Assembly (NCBI GenBank): GCA_963796055.1 | Contig: CAWCKH010000004.1 | Location: 1,984,001 to 2,048,000, forward strand | DNA from: an uncultured delta proteobacterium | GTDB taxonomy: Bacteria; Myxococcota; Myxococcia; Myxococcales; Myxococcaceae | Direction: 5' to 3' | DNA length: 64,000 bases | Shown: positions 9,963 to 20,273 of the stretch, one piece after another | Numbering within the stretch: position 1 is the first letter of the stretch | How the letters are laid out: each line of letters begins with the position of its first letter | The notes under the pieces: generated by a model | Databases searched by the model: none | Told to the model about the DNA's origin: nothing | The model's input: only the letters and a program-made list of their open reading frames with translations | Made by a program: the position numbers and the translations under genes

Positions 9963-11411
9963 ATGCGGCGCTGGACCCTGGTCGTCATGGCTGTCGCGTT
10001 TGCCGCTTGCAAGCGCGGCGAGTCGCCGGCTCCACAGCCCCAGGCCACGCTTCCGCTCCTGGCCGACGGCGGGGTGGATCTTGGGCGTGGCGCGGTCAGC
10101 GTCCCCGAGGTGGAGCTGCCCTCGCTCGCGCCGCTCGTCGAGCAGGTCAGCGCCAGCGTGGTGAGCCTCTCGGTCCTCGCCTCGCCGTCGATGCCCCCCG
10201 GGCACGAGCGCTTCCTCCGCGGCCGGTCCTTCCCGCCGCAACAGCGGGGCGGCTCGGGATTCGTCGTCGACCCGTCGGGTCTGGTGGTGACCAACAACCA
10301 CGTGGTGGAAGGAGCGAGCGCGATCTCGGTTCAGCTCGCGGACGGGCGCCGGTTCGATGCCGACCTGGTCGGCCGCGACGCGCCCACCGACCTCGCGCTG
10401 GTCCGCCTCCGCTCGCCGCCGGACGACCTGCCGGCTGCCCGGCTCGGTGACTCCGACCGGCTCCGGGTGGGGGACTGGCTCCTGGCCATCGGCAACCCCT
10501 TCGGGCTGACCACCAGCATATCGCTGGGCATCCTCGGCGCCACCGCCCGCGACCTCGGGGCCGGACCGTACGACGAGTTCCTCCAGACCGACGCGGCGAT
10601 CAATCCGGGCAACTCCGGTGGCCCGCTGTTCGACATGGCCGGAGACGTCGTGGGGGTGAACACCGCCATCGTCAACAACGAGAGCGGAAGCCGGATCGGA
10701 TTCGCCATCCCGTCCTCGCTGGTCCGGGCCCTGCTCCCGCAGCTGCAGCGGACCGGTGGTGTGGTGCGGGGCGCGCTCGGCCTCTACACCCAGGACCTCA
10801 CCCCGGAGCTGGCCAGGGCGCTCGGCCTCGAGGGCCGCCACGGCGCGGTGGTGAACGGCTTCCTCCCCGGCTCCACCGCCCGCGCGGTCGGCGTCGCGGT
10901 GGACGACGTCATCGTCTCCATGGACGGCCGCCCCATCGAGTCGGGGCGCCAGCTCACGCGGCTGGTGGGTCTGCATCGGCCGGGGGAGGAGGTAAAGCTC
11001 GGCCTGGTGCACGGGCGCACCGCGGGCTCGGTCACCGTCCGGCTCGGAAAGCGGACCGACCTCGAGGGCACCGGTCCGCTCCGTCCGCCGGTGGAGGGGG
11101 AGGAACAGCCCGGCCCCGAGCAGATGGTCCCCATGCGCCTGGGCGTGGAGATCGGCGAGATCACCCCCGAGATCGAGGAGGCCATCGGCGTGCGTGGCCC
11201 CGGGGCGCTGGTGCTCTCGGTGGAGCCGGGCTCCCCGGCGGAGCGCGCGGGGTTCCAGCCCGGGCTGGTCATCGTGGAGGTTGCCGGCCATCCGGTGCAC
11301 TCGGCGAAGGAGGCCGGCGAGCTCATCGTCGCCGCGCGGCGGCGGCCTCCCATCGTGTTCCGGCTGCTCGGGCCAGGCCGGGTGTCGGCTGTGGCCACCG
11401 TCCTCCCGTAG
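9963..11411 (+). CDS. HtrA/DegP-family serine protease with two PDZ domains (lipoprotein)
   Basis: FAAC lipobox, TNNHVV, DLAL, GNSGG, PDZ domains. Confidence 0.93.
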   Translation: MRRWTLVVMAVAFAACKRGESPAPQPQATLPLLADGGVDLGRGAVSVPEVELPSLAPLVEQVSASVVSLSVLASPSMPPGHERFLRGRSFPPQQRGGSGFVVDPSGLVVTNNHVVEGASAISVQLADGRRFDADLVGRDAPTDLALVRLRSPPDDLPAARLGDSDRLRVGDWLLAIGNPFGLTTSISLGILGATARDLGAGPYDEFLQTDAAINPGNSGGPLFDMAGDVVGVNTAIVNNESGSRIGFAIPSSLVRALLPQLQRTGGVVRGALGLYTQDLTPELARALGLEGRHGAVVNGFLPGSTARAVGVAVDDVIVSMDGRPIESGRQLTRLVGLHRPGEEVKLGLVHGRTAGSVTVRLGKRTDLEGTGPLRPPVEGEEQPGPEQMVPMRLGVEIGEITPEIEEAIGVRGPGALVLSVEPGSPAERAGFQPGLVIVEVAGHPVHSAKEAGELIVAARRRPPIVFRLLGPGRVSAVATVLP

Positions 11412-11415
11412 CACC

Positions 11416-11456
11416 AGGAGCGTGTAGGGCATCGCTGACTGCGGCCGCCCTGACCT
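11416..11456 (+). repeat. GTAG-type intergenic repeat, copy A
   Basis: 37/41 identical to 28866-28906. Confidence 0.75.
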
Positions 11457-11457
11457 A

Positions 11458-12616
11458 GTGCCCCGGACCAGAAGTCCGCGAGCGTCAGAGCGGTGTGATC
11501 CGCTCAGGCATGGGCAAACGAGCGGCAAGCATCGAGATCACCGATGAAGAGCGGCAGGTGCTCGACGGGTATGCGCGACGACGGACGACGGCGCAGGCGC
11601 TCGCGCTGAGGGCCCGGATCGTCCTGCGTTGCGCAGAGGGCGGCGAGAACACGGCCATCGCCGCCGAGATGAAGCTCAACCGTGGGACCGTTGCGCGCTG
11701 GCGGAAACGGTTCCATGAACTGCGGCTCGAGGGGCTCCATGATGAGCCGCGGCCCGGAGCTCCACGGTCGATCTCCGACGAGACGGTCGAGCGGGTCATC
11801 GTCGAGACGCTGGAGTCGACGCCCAAGGGGGCGACGCACTGGAGTACTCGCGACATGGCGAAGCATTCCGGGCTGAGCCATTCGACAATCGGCCGAATCT
11901 GGCGAGCCTTCGGACTCCAGCCGCACCGCTCGGAAACCTTCCAGCTGTCCAACGACCCTCTCTTCGTCGAGAAGGTCCGAGACATCGTCGGCCTGTACCT
12001 CAACCCCCGGAAAGCGCCGTCGTCCTCTGCGTGGACGAGAAATCGCAGGTCCAGGCGCTCAACCGGATGCAACCGGCGCTGCCGATGATGAGCGGCCGGC
12101 CCGAACTCCAAACCCATACGTACGTTCGCAACGGCACGACGGCACTCTTTGCTGCCTTGGACGTCGCGACCGGCAGGGTCATCGGACAGTGCCGACGACG
12201 CCACCGCGCAACAGAGTTCCTCAAGTTCCTGCACCAGATCGATGCGTCGGTGCCCGCCGATCTCGACGTCCACGTCGTCCTCGACAACCTGTCGACGCAC
12301 AAGACTCCAGCGGTGCACCGCTGGTTCCTCCGTCACCCTCGCTTCCACGTCCATTTCACACCGACCTACAGCTCGTGGCTGAATCAGGTCGAGCGCTGGT
12401 TCGCGCTCCTGGAGCAGAAAGCGCTCAAGCGCGGCGTGCACCGGAGCACGGTCGAACTGGAAAAGGCGATCTATGAGTTCATCGCCGCAAGCAACGACGA
12501 ACCCCGTCCCTACCTCTGGACGAAGTCCGCCGGCGACATCCTGGCGAGCATCAACCGGTTCTGCAGTCGAACACTGACCTCGCAGGGCGTGCTGCCGAAC
12601 TTCTGATCCGGGGCAC
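11458..12616 (+). mobile_element. IS630-family insertion sequence
   Basis: Terminal IRs GTGCCCCGGA(C/T)CAGAAGT; TA duplication within CTAG at 11455-11458 and 12616-12619. Confidence 0.93.
11510..12606 (+). CDS. IS630 transposase, split by a -1 frameshift at the C5 run 12004-12008
   Basis: HTH region (RPGAPR, THWSTR) followed by VDEK, LDNLSTHK and SSWLNQVERWF (DDE) in another frame. Confidence 0.9.
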
Positions 12617-13143
12617 TAGCGGGCGGCCGGCAGCGGGCGGAGGACGTTGCCGAAGCCGTCCGAGCCCTCGCCGGCGACACCCGTCGCGTACTCGATTACT
12701 CCGAAGATGCCCCTCGGTCCGGGAGGCCGGCAGCTGAAGCGCAGGCTGATCGCGTCCGGGTCCCCCGGGCGCACCCGCCGCAGATGCCGCTCGAGCATCA
12801 CCTCCTCGCCCTGGCGCACCAGCGCCGGGAGCAGCGGCGCCCTCTGCACGTCCGGCACCAGCACCTCGTCGCTGCCCAGGTCGGCGTGGGCGTCGAGCGC
12901 GACGCGGCCTTCGCGCCCGGCGCGCACCGTGGCGCGCACCACCACCCCACCGTCGGTGTCGCGCTCCAGGGTCCAGCGCTCCAGCTGCAGGCACGCGCCG
13001 AGCTGCGCCAGATGCTCGCGCTGCTGCTCCTCGCGCTCGCGGAGCTGGCGTTGCAGCTGCAGCCGGGGGCCGAGCACCGTCCCGGTGAACAACCCGAGCA
13101 GCAGCGCCACCAGCGGCAGGCCGAAGATCCACGGGCGTGGCAT
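12616..13143 (-). CDS. Hypothetical membrane-anchored protein
   Basis: N-terminal TM plus short coiled coil; its stop codon coincides with the IS630 target CTAG. Confidence 0.6.
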   Translation of the reverse strand: MPRPWIFGLPLVALLLGLFTGTVLGPRLQLQRQLREREEQQREHLAQLGACLQLERWTLERDTDGGVVVRATVRAGREGRVALDAHADLGSDEVLVPDVQRAPLLPALVRQGEEVMLERHLRRVRPGDPDAISLRFSCRPPGPRGIFGVIEYATGVAGEGSDGFGNVLRPLPAAR

Positions 13144-13197
13144 GACGCAACGCACCCTACCGCCCGGGACGGTGCTCGGCTAAGGGACGAGGAGCCC

Positions 13198-15432
13198 ATG
13201 GTCCTCGCCTCCACGCTCCTCATGCTTGCCGCCACGCCCGCTGCACCGCCGCCAGACCCGATCCTTCGGCAGCTTGCCGAGACCCGGAAGTTCCGCAACG
13301 GCTCGCCGAACTCCTTCCGGATGGACCGGAGCGGCGCGCACGTCTTCTTCCTTCGCTCGCCGGCGGACTCGGCGGTGCAGTCGCTCCACGTCTTCGACGT
13401 CGACGCCGGGCAAGCGCGAGAGCTGCTCTCCGCCGAGGCGCTCCTCCGGGGGGCGGCGCAGCAGCTCAGCGCAGCGGAGAAGGCGGAGCTCGAGCGGCAG
13501 CGAATCGCCGCGCGGGGCCTGGTCAAGTACGTACTGTCGGACGACGGGAAGACCCTCGTCACTCCTCTCTCCGGTCGGCTGTACCGGGTGGACGTGGCGG
13601 GGCTGCTGGCGGGCCGGACGATGGAGCAGTCGGTGAAGGCGCTGCCTCCCACCGGAGTCCTGGACCCCCAGCTGTCGCCCGACGGCAAGCTGCTCAGCTA
13701 CGTGAAGGGCTGGGACCTGCACGTGCTCGAGCTGGCGACCGGCAAGGAGCGCCGCCTCACCACCGGTGGCTCGGAACGGGTCACACACGGGCTGGCAGAG
13801 TTCGTGGCCCAGGAGGAGATGGGTCGGTTCGAGGGGGCCTGGTGGAGCCCGGACGGCAAGCAGATCGCCTTCGAGGAGGCGGACACCCGCGGGGTGGAGA
13901 CCTTCACCCTCGGCGATCCGGCGCACCCGGAATCGGCGTTCGAGCACGTGCCCTATCCGCGCCCTGGCAAGGCCAACGCGAAGGTCCGGGTGGGCATCGT
14001 CCCCGTCGGCGTCGCAAATCCAAAGGTGACCTGGGTGCGGTGGGACGCCGAGAAGTACCCCTACCTCACCCAGGTCCGGTGGCCCCGCCGTGGCGCGCTC
14101 ACCGTCTACGTGATGGACCGGCCGCAGCAGCAGGCCTTGCTGCTGGCGGTCGATCCGAAGACCGGCGCCACCAGGGCGCTGCTCGAGGAGCAGGACGCGG
14201 CGTGGATCAACCTGCAGCACGTCGGCGCGGACCATTCCGGGGAACCGTTCCCGCTCTGGCTCCCGGACGGCTCGGCGTTCTTCTGGGTCACCGAGCGGAA
14301 CGGCGCACCGGAGGCGGAGATCCGCGCCGCGGACGGACGGCGGCTCGGGAGCTGGGTGCGGCCGGACCAGCAGCTGGTGCGCGTGCTGGGCTACGACGTC
14401 GCGGAGCGGGCGCTCTACTACCAGGCCAGTCCCGAGTCCCCGGACCTGGTGGTGATGCGGGTGCGGGATGGCGGCAACCCGGAGCGGGTGGTGGGGCAGC
14501 CCGAGGAGCGGGTGATGGTGACCGGGATGCTCGCCGAGGACGGGCCCACCCGGCTGGTCTCCATCGAGACGCCCACCTCGTTCCCGGACTGGTCGGTGTT
14601 CGACCGGGGGGGCCGATTCATCGGCCGCATCCCGGCGGCACGGGCCACGCCGCTGCGGCCGCCGGCGCCCGAGTACCGGAAGCTCGGGCCGCAGGGCTTC
14701 TGGTCCTTCGTGCTGCGGCCCCGGGACGCGCGGCCGGGACAGAAGCTCCCCACCATCGTCTCCGTCTACGGTGGTCCTCACCTCAACCAGGTCCAGTCCA
14801 GCGCCCGGTCACTCATCGACGAGCAGTGGCTGGCCGACCAGGGCTTTCTGGTGGTGGGCTTCGACAACCGGGGCACGCCGCACCGAGGCCGCGAGTGGGA
14901 GCGCGCCATCCGCGGGAGCTTCGCCGGGGTGGTCCTCGAGGATCAGGTGGCAGCGCTCCAGCTGCTGGGGCAGCAGGTTCCCGAGGTGGACCTCGCCCGG
15001 GTGGGCATCACCGGATGGTCCTTCGGGGGGTACGCCGCGGCGCTGGGGGTGCTGAAGCGCCCGGACGTCTTCAAGGCGGCCGTCGCCGGAGCCCCGGTGA
15101 CCGACTGGCGCAACTACGACACCTTCTACACCGAGCGGTACCTCGGCCTGCCGGACGCCCCGGGGGACGTCTACGAGAAGAACTCGCTCCTGCCGCTGGC
15201 CCCGGGCCTGGAGCGTCCGCTGCTGCTGGTGCACGGGACGACGGACGACAACGTCTACTTCCTCCACTCGCTCCAGCTCTCGGACCGGCTGTTCCACGCC
15301 GCGCGGGTGCACCAGTTCCTGCCGCTCAGCGGCTACACCCACATGGTGGCGGACCCGGCGATGCTGCAGTCGTTGGCACGGCGGACCGCCGACTTCTTCC
15401 GGACGGCGCTGGGCGGTGGCGAGCCCCGCTGA
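13198..15432 (+). CDS. S9B dipeptidyl peptidase IV
   Basis: DPPIV_N motifs (AEFVAQEEM, YPRPG), GWSFGG nucleophile, HGTTDDNV, catalytic His region. Confidence 0.93.
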   Translation: MVLASTLLMLAATPAAPPPDPILRQLAETRKFRNGSPNSFRMDRSGAHVFFLRSPADSAVQSLHVFDVDAGQARELLSAEALLRGAAQQLSAAEKAELERQRIAARGLVKYVLSDDGKTLVTPLSGRLYRVDVAGLLAGRTMEQSVKALPPTGVLDPQLSPDGKLLSYVKGWDLHVLELATGKERRLTTGGSERVTHGLAEFVAQEEMGRFEGAWWSPDGKQIAFEEADTRGVETFTLGDPAHPESAFEHVPYPRPGKANAKVRVGIVPVGVANPKVTWVRWDAEKYPYLTQVRWPRRGALTVYVMDRPQQQALLLAVDPKTGATRALLEEQDAAWINLQHVGADHSGEPFPLWLPDGSAFFWVTERNGAPEAEIRAADGRRLGSWVRPDQQLVRVLGYDVAERALYYQASPESPDLVVMRVRDGGNPERVVGQPEERVMVTGMLAEDGPTRLVSIETPTSFPDWSVFDRGGRFIGRIPAARATPLRPPAPEYRKLGPQGFWSFVLRPRDARPGQKLPTIVSVYGGPHLNQVQSSARSLIDEQWLADQGFLVVGFDNRGTPHRGREWERAIRGSFAGVVLEDQVAALQLLGQQVPEVDLARVGITGWSFGGYAAALGVLKRPDVFKAAVAGAPVTDWRNYDTFYTERYLGLPDAPGDVYEKNSLLPLAPGLERPLLLVHGTTDDNVYFLHSLQLSDRLFHAARVHQFLPLSGYTHMVADPAMLQSLARRTADFFRTALGGGEPR

Positions 15433-15500
15433 CACGAAGGCCCGGGACACCGCATGGAACCGGCGCCCGGGCCTGTCGTGAACGACGCGAGGGGGGAGAC

Positions 15501-15704
15501 TTACAGCGGCTTGACGTTCTGCGCCTGCAGACCCTTCGGGCCGCGGGTCACGTCGAACTGGACCTTTTGACCCTCGGCGAGGGTGCGGAACCCCTCGCTC
15601 TGGATCGCGGTGTGGTGACAGAAGACGTCCTCACCTCCGCCGTCCTGGGTGATGAAGCCGAAGCCCTTCGCATCGTTGAACCACTTCACGGTACCGGTTG
15701 CCAT
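15501..15704 (-). CDS. cspA: Cold-shock protein
   Basis: [22 protein letters not shown]. Confidence 0.95.
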   Translation of the reverse strand: MATGTVKWFNDAKGFGFITQDGGGEDVFCHHTAIQSEGFRTLAEGQKVQFDVTRGPKGLQAQNVKPL

Positions 15705-15862
15705 GCGTCTCGCTTTGCTGTGCTCACGTCGGCAGGAAGCGCCGCGCGGTCTCCTGTCCCTGGGGCGGAGGACAGCCAAAAATTTTGCGCAGGCTCAAAC
15801 CGGCTCGCAAGCACGGACATCACGCGGACAGCCCCCACCCGATGACGCGCCGCAGCGTCGCC

Positions 15863-15939
15863 GAGGTGTCCGGGGAGGTGTCAAACACCTCTGTCGGCCG
15901 GCTCCATCCAAGCCCAACGAAGGTGTCAAACACCTCTGT
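15863..15939 (+). repeat. REP-like hairpin copies 1 and 2 (15875-15894, 15921-15939) plus upstream half-site GAGGTGTC
   Basis: GGTGTCAAACACCTCTGT occurs twice in direct orientation. Confidence 0.9.
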
Positions 15940-15995
15940 TGATGGCACAACCGCTCGTAACTGCTAGGCAAAGACGATCTTGCTGCGGCGGAAGA

Positions 15996-17295
15996 TCAGA
16001 CCTCGAGCAGCAGCCGCTCGGGGTCCTCGATGCATTCCTTGATGCGCACCAGGAACTGCACGGCCTCCCGACCGTCGATGAGCCGGTGGTCGTAGCTGAG
16101 GGCCAGGTACATCACCGGGCGGATGACGATCTGCCCATCGCGGACCACCGGCCGCTCGACGATGTTGTGCATCCCGAGGATGCCGGTCTGCGGCGGGTTG
16201 AGGATGGGCGTGCTCAGCATCGAGCCAAAGATGCCCCCGTTGCTGATGCTGAACGTGCCGCCCTGCAGGTCGGCCAGGGTCAGCTTGTCCGAGCGTGCCT
16301 TCTGCCCCAGCTCGGCGACCTGCTTCTCGATGTCCGCCATCGACAGCGCGTCGGCGTCGCGCAGCACCGGCACCACCAGGCCGCGACTCCCGGACACCGC
16401 CACCCCGATGTCGTAGTAGTGCTTGAGGACGACCTCGTCCCCCTCGATGGAGGCGTTCACCAGGGGGAACGCCTTCAGGGCATCCACCGCCGCGCGGACG
16501 AAGAAGCTCATGAACCCGAGCTTCACTCCGTGGCGCTGCTGGAACTTCTCGGCGTACTGCTTCCGAAGCGCCATCACCGCGTGCATGTCCACCTCGTTGA
16601 AGGTGGTCAGGATGGCGGCGTTGTTCTGGGCGGCAAGGAGCCGCTCCGCGACGCGCTTGCGGAGCGGCGTCATCTTCACCCGCTCCTCGCGGGCCCCGGG
16701 GGTGCGCGGTACGGGAGCAGGTGACGGGGCCGCGGCGGGCGCAGCGGCGGTCACGGGGGCGGTCGCGGGTGCGGCTGCAGCACCTCCCCGGCCGCCCTCG
16801 AGCACCGTGAGCACATCGTCCTTCATCACCCGCCCCGAGGCGCCGCTCCCGCGAAGCGTGGCCGGATCGAGCCCGTTCGCGTCGGCGATGGCCCGAGCCA
16901 CGGGGGTCATCGGAGCCTGACGGGACCCATCCGGAGACGCCGCCGCGGGTACCACGGACGCCGGGCGCGGCGATGCAGCGGCTGGCGGGGGGCGGCGGGG
17001 TCGAGGGCGCAGGCTGAGCCGACCTTCCGGCGGGGGGCGGGGAGGCGGCAGCCGCGGCGCCGCCGGAGATGGTGCCCAGCACCTCGCCGATCTTCACCGT
17101 ATCCCCTTCGGGGTGGGCGATGCTGGCGATGGTGCCTGCCGCGGGCGCGGGCACGTCGATGGTGACCTTGTCGGTCTCGAGCACCACGAGCGGCTCGTCG
17201 ACGGCCACCGGCTCGCCGACCTTCTTGTGCCACTTTCCCACCACCGCCTCGGTGATGGATTCCCCCAGCGCAGGGACGGTGAGCTCAACGGGCAT
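15996..17295 (-). CDS. sucB: 2-oxoglutarate dehydrogenase E2 (dihydrolipoamide succinyltransferase), frameshift at the G6 run 16987-16992
   Basis: Lipoyl ETDKV in one frame; E3-binding and catalytic DHRLIDG in another. Confidence 0.93.
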
Positions 17296-20203
17296 CGGGC
17301 TGCCCTCGTGCCAGTGCGGCGTCGATCAGGAGCACCTGCTCCAGCTCGTGGGTTTTCTGGAATCCGGTGGCGGGGCTCGCGCTCGCCTCGCGGCCCGCGT
17401 ACCGCAGCGGAAGCTTGCGGCCCTTCGCAGACACGCGGCCGGCGAGCTTCGAGAGCACGAAGGCCCAGGCGCCCATGTTCTCCGGCTCCTCCTGGACCCA
17501 GACCAGCTCCTCCAGCTCCGGGTAGCGGGCGATCTCCCGGGCGAGCTGCGCGTCGGGGAACGGGTAGAGCTCCTCCAGCCGGGCGATGGCGACCGTGTCG
17601 TCCACCGCCTTCGCCCGGGCGGCGAGCAGGTCGTACGCAACCTTGCCCGTGCAGAGCAGCAGCCTGGTGACCCTCGCCTCGCCGCCGGCTGGCGGATCCG
17701 AGATCACCCGCTGGAACTTGCCCGAGGTGAACGCCGACAGCGGCGCGCTGGCCTCCTCGCGCCGCAGCAGGCTCTTGGGGGTCATCACCACCAGCGGCTT
17801 CCGCCAGGGCCGGATGGCCTGACGGCGGAGCAGGTGGAAGACCTGCGCGCTGCTGGTGGGGTAGCAGACCTGGATGTTGTCCTCGGCGGACATCGCCAGG
17901 AAACGCTCCAGCCGCGCGCTGGAGTGCTCGGGTCCCGCGCCCTCGTACCCGTGCGGCAGGAGCAAGGTGAGCCCGCTCAGCCGCCGCCACTTGTCCTCCG
18001 CGGCGACGATGAACTGGTCGATGATGACCTGCGCCCCGTTGGCGAAGTCACCGAACTGCGCCTCCCAGAGCACCAGCGCATCCGGGTAGTCCAGCGAGTA
18101 GCCGAACTCGAAGCCCATGCACCCAGTCTCGGAGAGCGGGCTGTTATAGACCTCGAACCGCGCCGCGCCCGGACCGAGGTCCAGGAGTGGAGTGTAGGTG
18201 ACGCCGGTCTTGGCGTCGTGCAGCACCGCGTTCCGGTGCCCGAAGGTGCCGCGCTCGGTGTCCTGCCCGGTGAGCCGGACGTGGGTCCCGGACTTCAAGA
18301 GCGTCGCGTAGGCCAGGTTCTCGCCCGCGGACCAGTCGAGGGGAATCTCGCCCCGCGCCATCGCCGCGCGTCGCTCGAGGATCTTCCCCATCTGGCGCAG
18401 CGGGGTGAACCCCTGGGGCACGTGCGCCAGGTGCCCGAGCAGCGGGGCCAGGGTCTTCTCCGGCACGCCGGTGTCGGGATCGGGGATGCCCTCCTCGGGT
18501 CCCCCGCGGTACCCCTTCCACAGCCCCTCGTGGGCGCTGGGCTCGCGCAGGGCCGGGGTTTCCTTGGCCTGGTTGTAGGCCTGGAGGAAGTGCCGCTTGG
18601 CCTCCTCGCGGATCGCCTCGGCCTCCTCGGCGCTCACCCGCCCATGAGCGGCGAGCGTCCTGGCGTAGAGCTCGGAGACGGGCGGGTGGTGCCGGATCGC
18701 CTCGTACATCAGCGGCTGGGTGTAGCTCGGCTCGTCGCCCTCGTTGTGCCCGTACCGGCGGAAGCAGACCAGGTCGATGACCACGTCGCTCTGGAACTTC
18801 TGCCGGTACTCGGTGGCCAGCCGCATCGCGTGGACGCAGGCCTCCGGGTCGTCCCCGTTCACGTGGAAGATGGGGATGTCCAGCATCTGCGCCACGGCGG
18901 TGCAATAGATGCTCGAGCGGCCGTCCTCGGGGTCGGTGGTGTAGCCGAGCTGGTTGTTGATGACCACGTGCACGGTCCCGCCGGTGTCGTAGCCGCGGAG
19001 CCGCGAGAGGTTGAGGGTCTCGGCGACGACTCCCTGGGCGGCCATCGCCGCGTCGCCGTGGATGACCAGCGGGAGCACCTTCCGGCGGTCCTGGTCCTCC
19101 AGCCGCTGCTGCTTGGCCCGCGCCCTGCCCTCGACCACCGGATGCACGAATTCCAGGTGGCTGGGGTTGAAGGCCAGGCTCAGGTGGATGCGCTTGCCGC
19201 CCGAGGTGGTGATGTCCGAGGAGAAGCCGAGGTGGTACTTCACGTCGCCCCGGCCCATGAACTTCCGTGGATCCACCGGGCCGTTGAACTCGCTGAAGAT
19301 CTGATCCGGGCTCTTCCCCAGCACGTTGGTGAGGACGTTCAGCCGGCCGCGGTGGGCCATGCCGATGACGACCTCCTCCACACCCAGCTCCCCGCCGAGC
19401 TCGAGCATGGTGTCCAGCATCGGGAGCAGGGACTCGCCGCCGTCCACGCTGAAGCGCTTGGCGCCCTGGTACTTGGTGTGGATGAAGGCCTCGAAGGTGT
19501 CGGCGTAGGTCAGCTTCTCGAGGATGCGCCGCTGCTCCGCGGGGCTGGGGTTGAGCTGGTTCTCGGTGTGCTCCATCCGCGGCATCAGCCAGCGGCGGCG
19601 GTCCGAGTCGTACAGGGTCATGTACTCGACGCCGAGGTGGCCGCAGTAGGTCCGGCGAAGCCTGGCCAGCAGCTCCCGGAGCTTCACCCGCTTGCGGTCG
19701 GGGAAGACGTCGGAGCTGTCCACGAGCTGCTCCAGCTCCTCCGGGCTGAACGCCGCGTCGCTGGCCATCGCGAGATCTGCGATGTGGTGCATCTGCGGCC
19801 GCGGACGTCCCAGCGGGTCGAGCTGGGCGAGCAGGTGCCCGCGGAGCCGGAACGCGTACAGCGTCTGGTCCACCCGCGCCTGCAGCTGCATCGCGGCGAG
19901 CGCTGCCGGCAGGTCACCGACCGCGGCCAGCGGGCTGCGCGCGGGCGCGCTGGCCACCGCCGCGCCGTTGCCGTTCACCGCCCTCGCCGAGACTGCCGCG
20001 CCGCTGCCGGCCCGGTGCCCGTTGGTTGGCTGGGCCCGCCCGTCGCCCGAACCGAGCAGAGGCCGGCCGTCGACGCGGGTCCCGGCGAAGAGCTCCCGCC
20101 AGCTGGGGTCGACCGAGGCGGGGTCCTCGAGCCAGCGGGCGTACAGGCCCTCGATGAAGTCGATGTTGGAGCCGGAAAGAAACGTGTCCGTGGGGTTCGG
20201 CAT
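17285..20203 (-). CDS. sucA: 2-oxoglutarate dehydrogenase E1
   Basis: GMAHRGRLN, GDVKYH, HGDAA, WEAQFGDF, GPEHSSARLERF. Confidence 0.97.
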   Translation of the reverse strand: MPNPTDTFLSGSNIDFIEGLYARWLEDPASVDPSWRELFAGTRVDGRPLLGSGDGRAQPTNGHRAGSGAAVSARAVNGNGAAVASAPARSPLAAVGDLPAALAAMQLQARVDQTLYAFRLRGHLLAQLDPLGRPRPQMHHIADLAMASDAAFSPEELEQLVDSSDVFPDRKRVKLRELLARLRRTYCGHLGVEYMTLYDSDRRRWLMPRMEHTENQLNPSPAEQRRILEKLTYADTFEAFIHTKYQGAKRFSVDGGESLLPMLDTMLELGGELGVEEVVIGMAHRGRLNVLTNVLGKSPDQIFSEFNGPVDPRKFMGRGDVKYHLGFSSDITTSGGKRIHLSLAFNPSHLEFVHPVVEGRARAKQQRLEDQDRRKVLPLVIHGDAAMAAQGVVAETLNLSRLRGYDTGGTVHVVINNQLGYTTDPEDGRSSIYCTAVAQMLDIPIFHVNGDDPEACVHAMRLATEYRQKFQSDVVIDLVCFRRYGHNEGDEPSYTQPLMYEAIRHHPPVSELYARTLAAHGRVSAEEAEAIREEAKRHFLQAYNQAKETPALREPSAHEGLWKGYRGGPEEGIPDPDTGVPEKTLAPLLGHLAHVPQGFTPLRQMGKILERRAAMARGEIPLDWSAGENLAYATLLKSGTHVRLTGQDTERGTFGHRNAVLHDAKTGVTYTPLLDLGPGAARFEVYNSPLSETGCMGFEFGYSLDYPDALVLWEAQFGDFANGAQVIIDQFIVAAEDKWRRLSGLTLLLPHGYEGAGPEHSSARLERFLAMSAEDNIQVCYPTSSAQVFHLLRRQAIRPWRKPLVVMTPKSLLRREEASAPLSAFTSGKFQRVISDPPAGGEARVTRLLLCTGKVAYDLLAARAKAVDDTVAIARLEELYPFPDAQLAREIARYPELEELVWVQEEPENMGAWAFVLSKLAGRVSAKGRKLPLRYAGREASASPATGFQKTHELEQVLLIDAALARGQPDAR

Positions 20204-20273
20204 GGGGGGATTCGCCGGGGAGTTTTAACCTCGAACCCCCGGGAACGCGGAACTTTGTCCCCCCGGGGGACGC

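Noticed and set aside
12000..12015. Programmed frameshift in the IS630 transposase
   Set aside because: Possible in this family, but there is no clear slippery heptamer, and similar homopolymer indels occur in housekeeping genes here.
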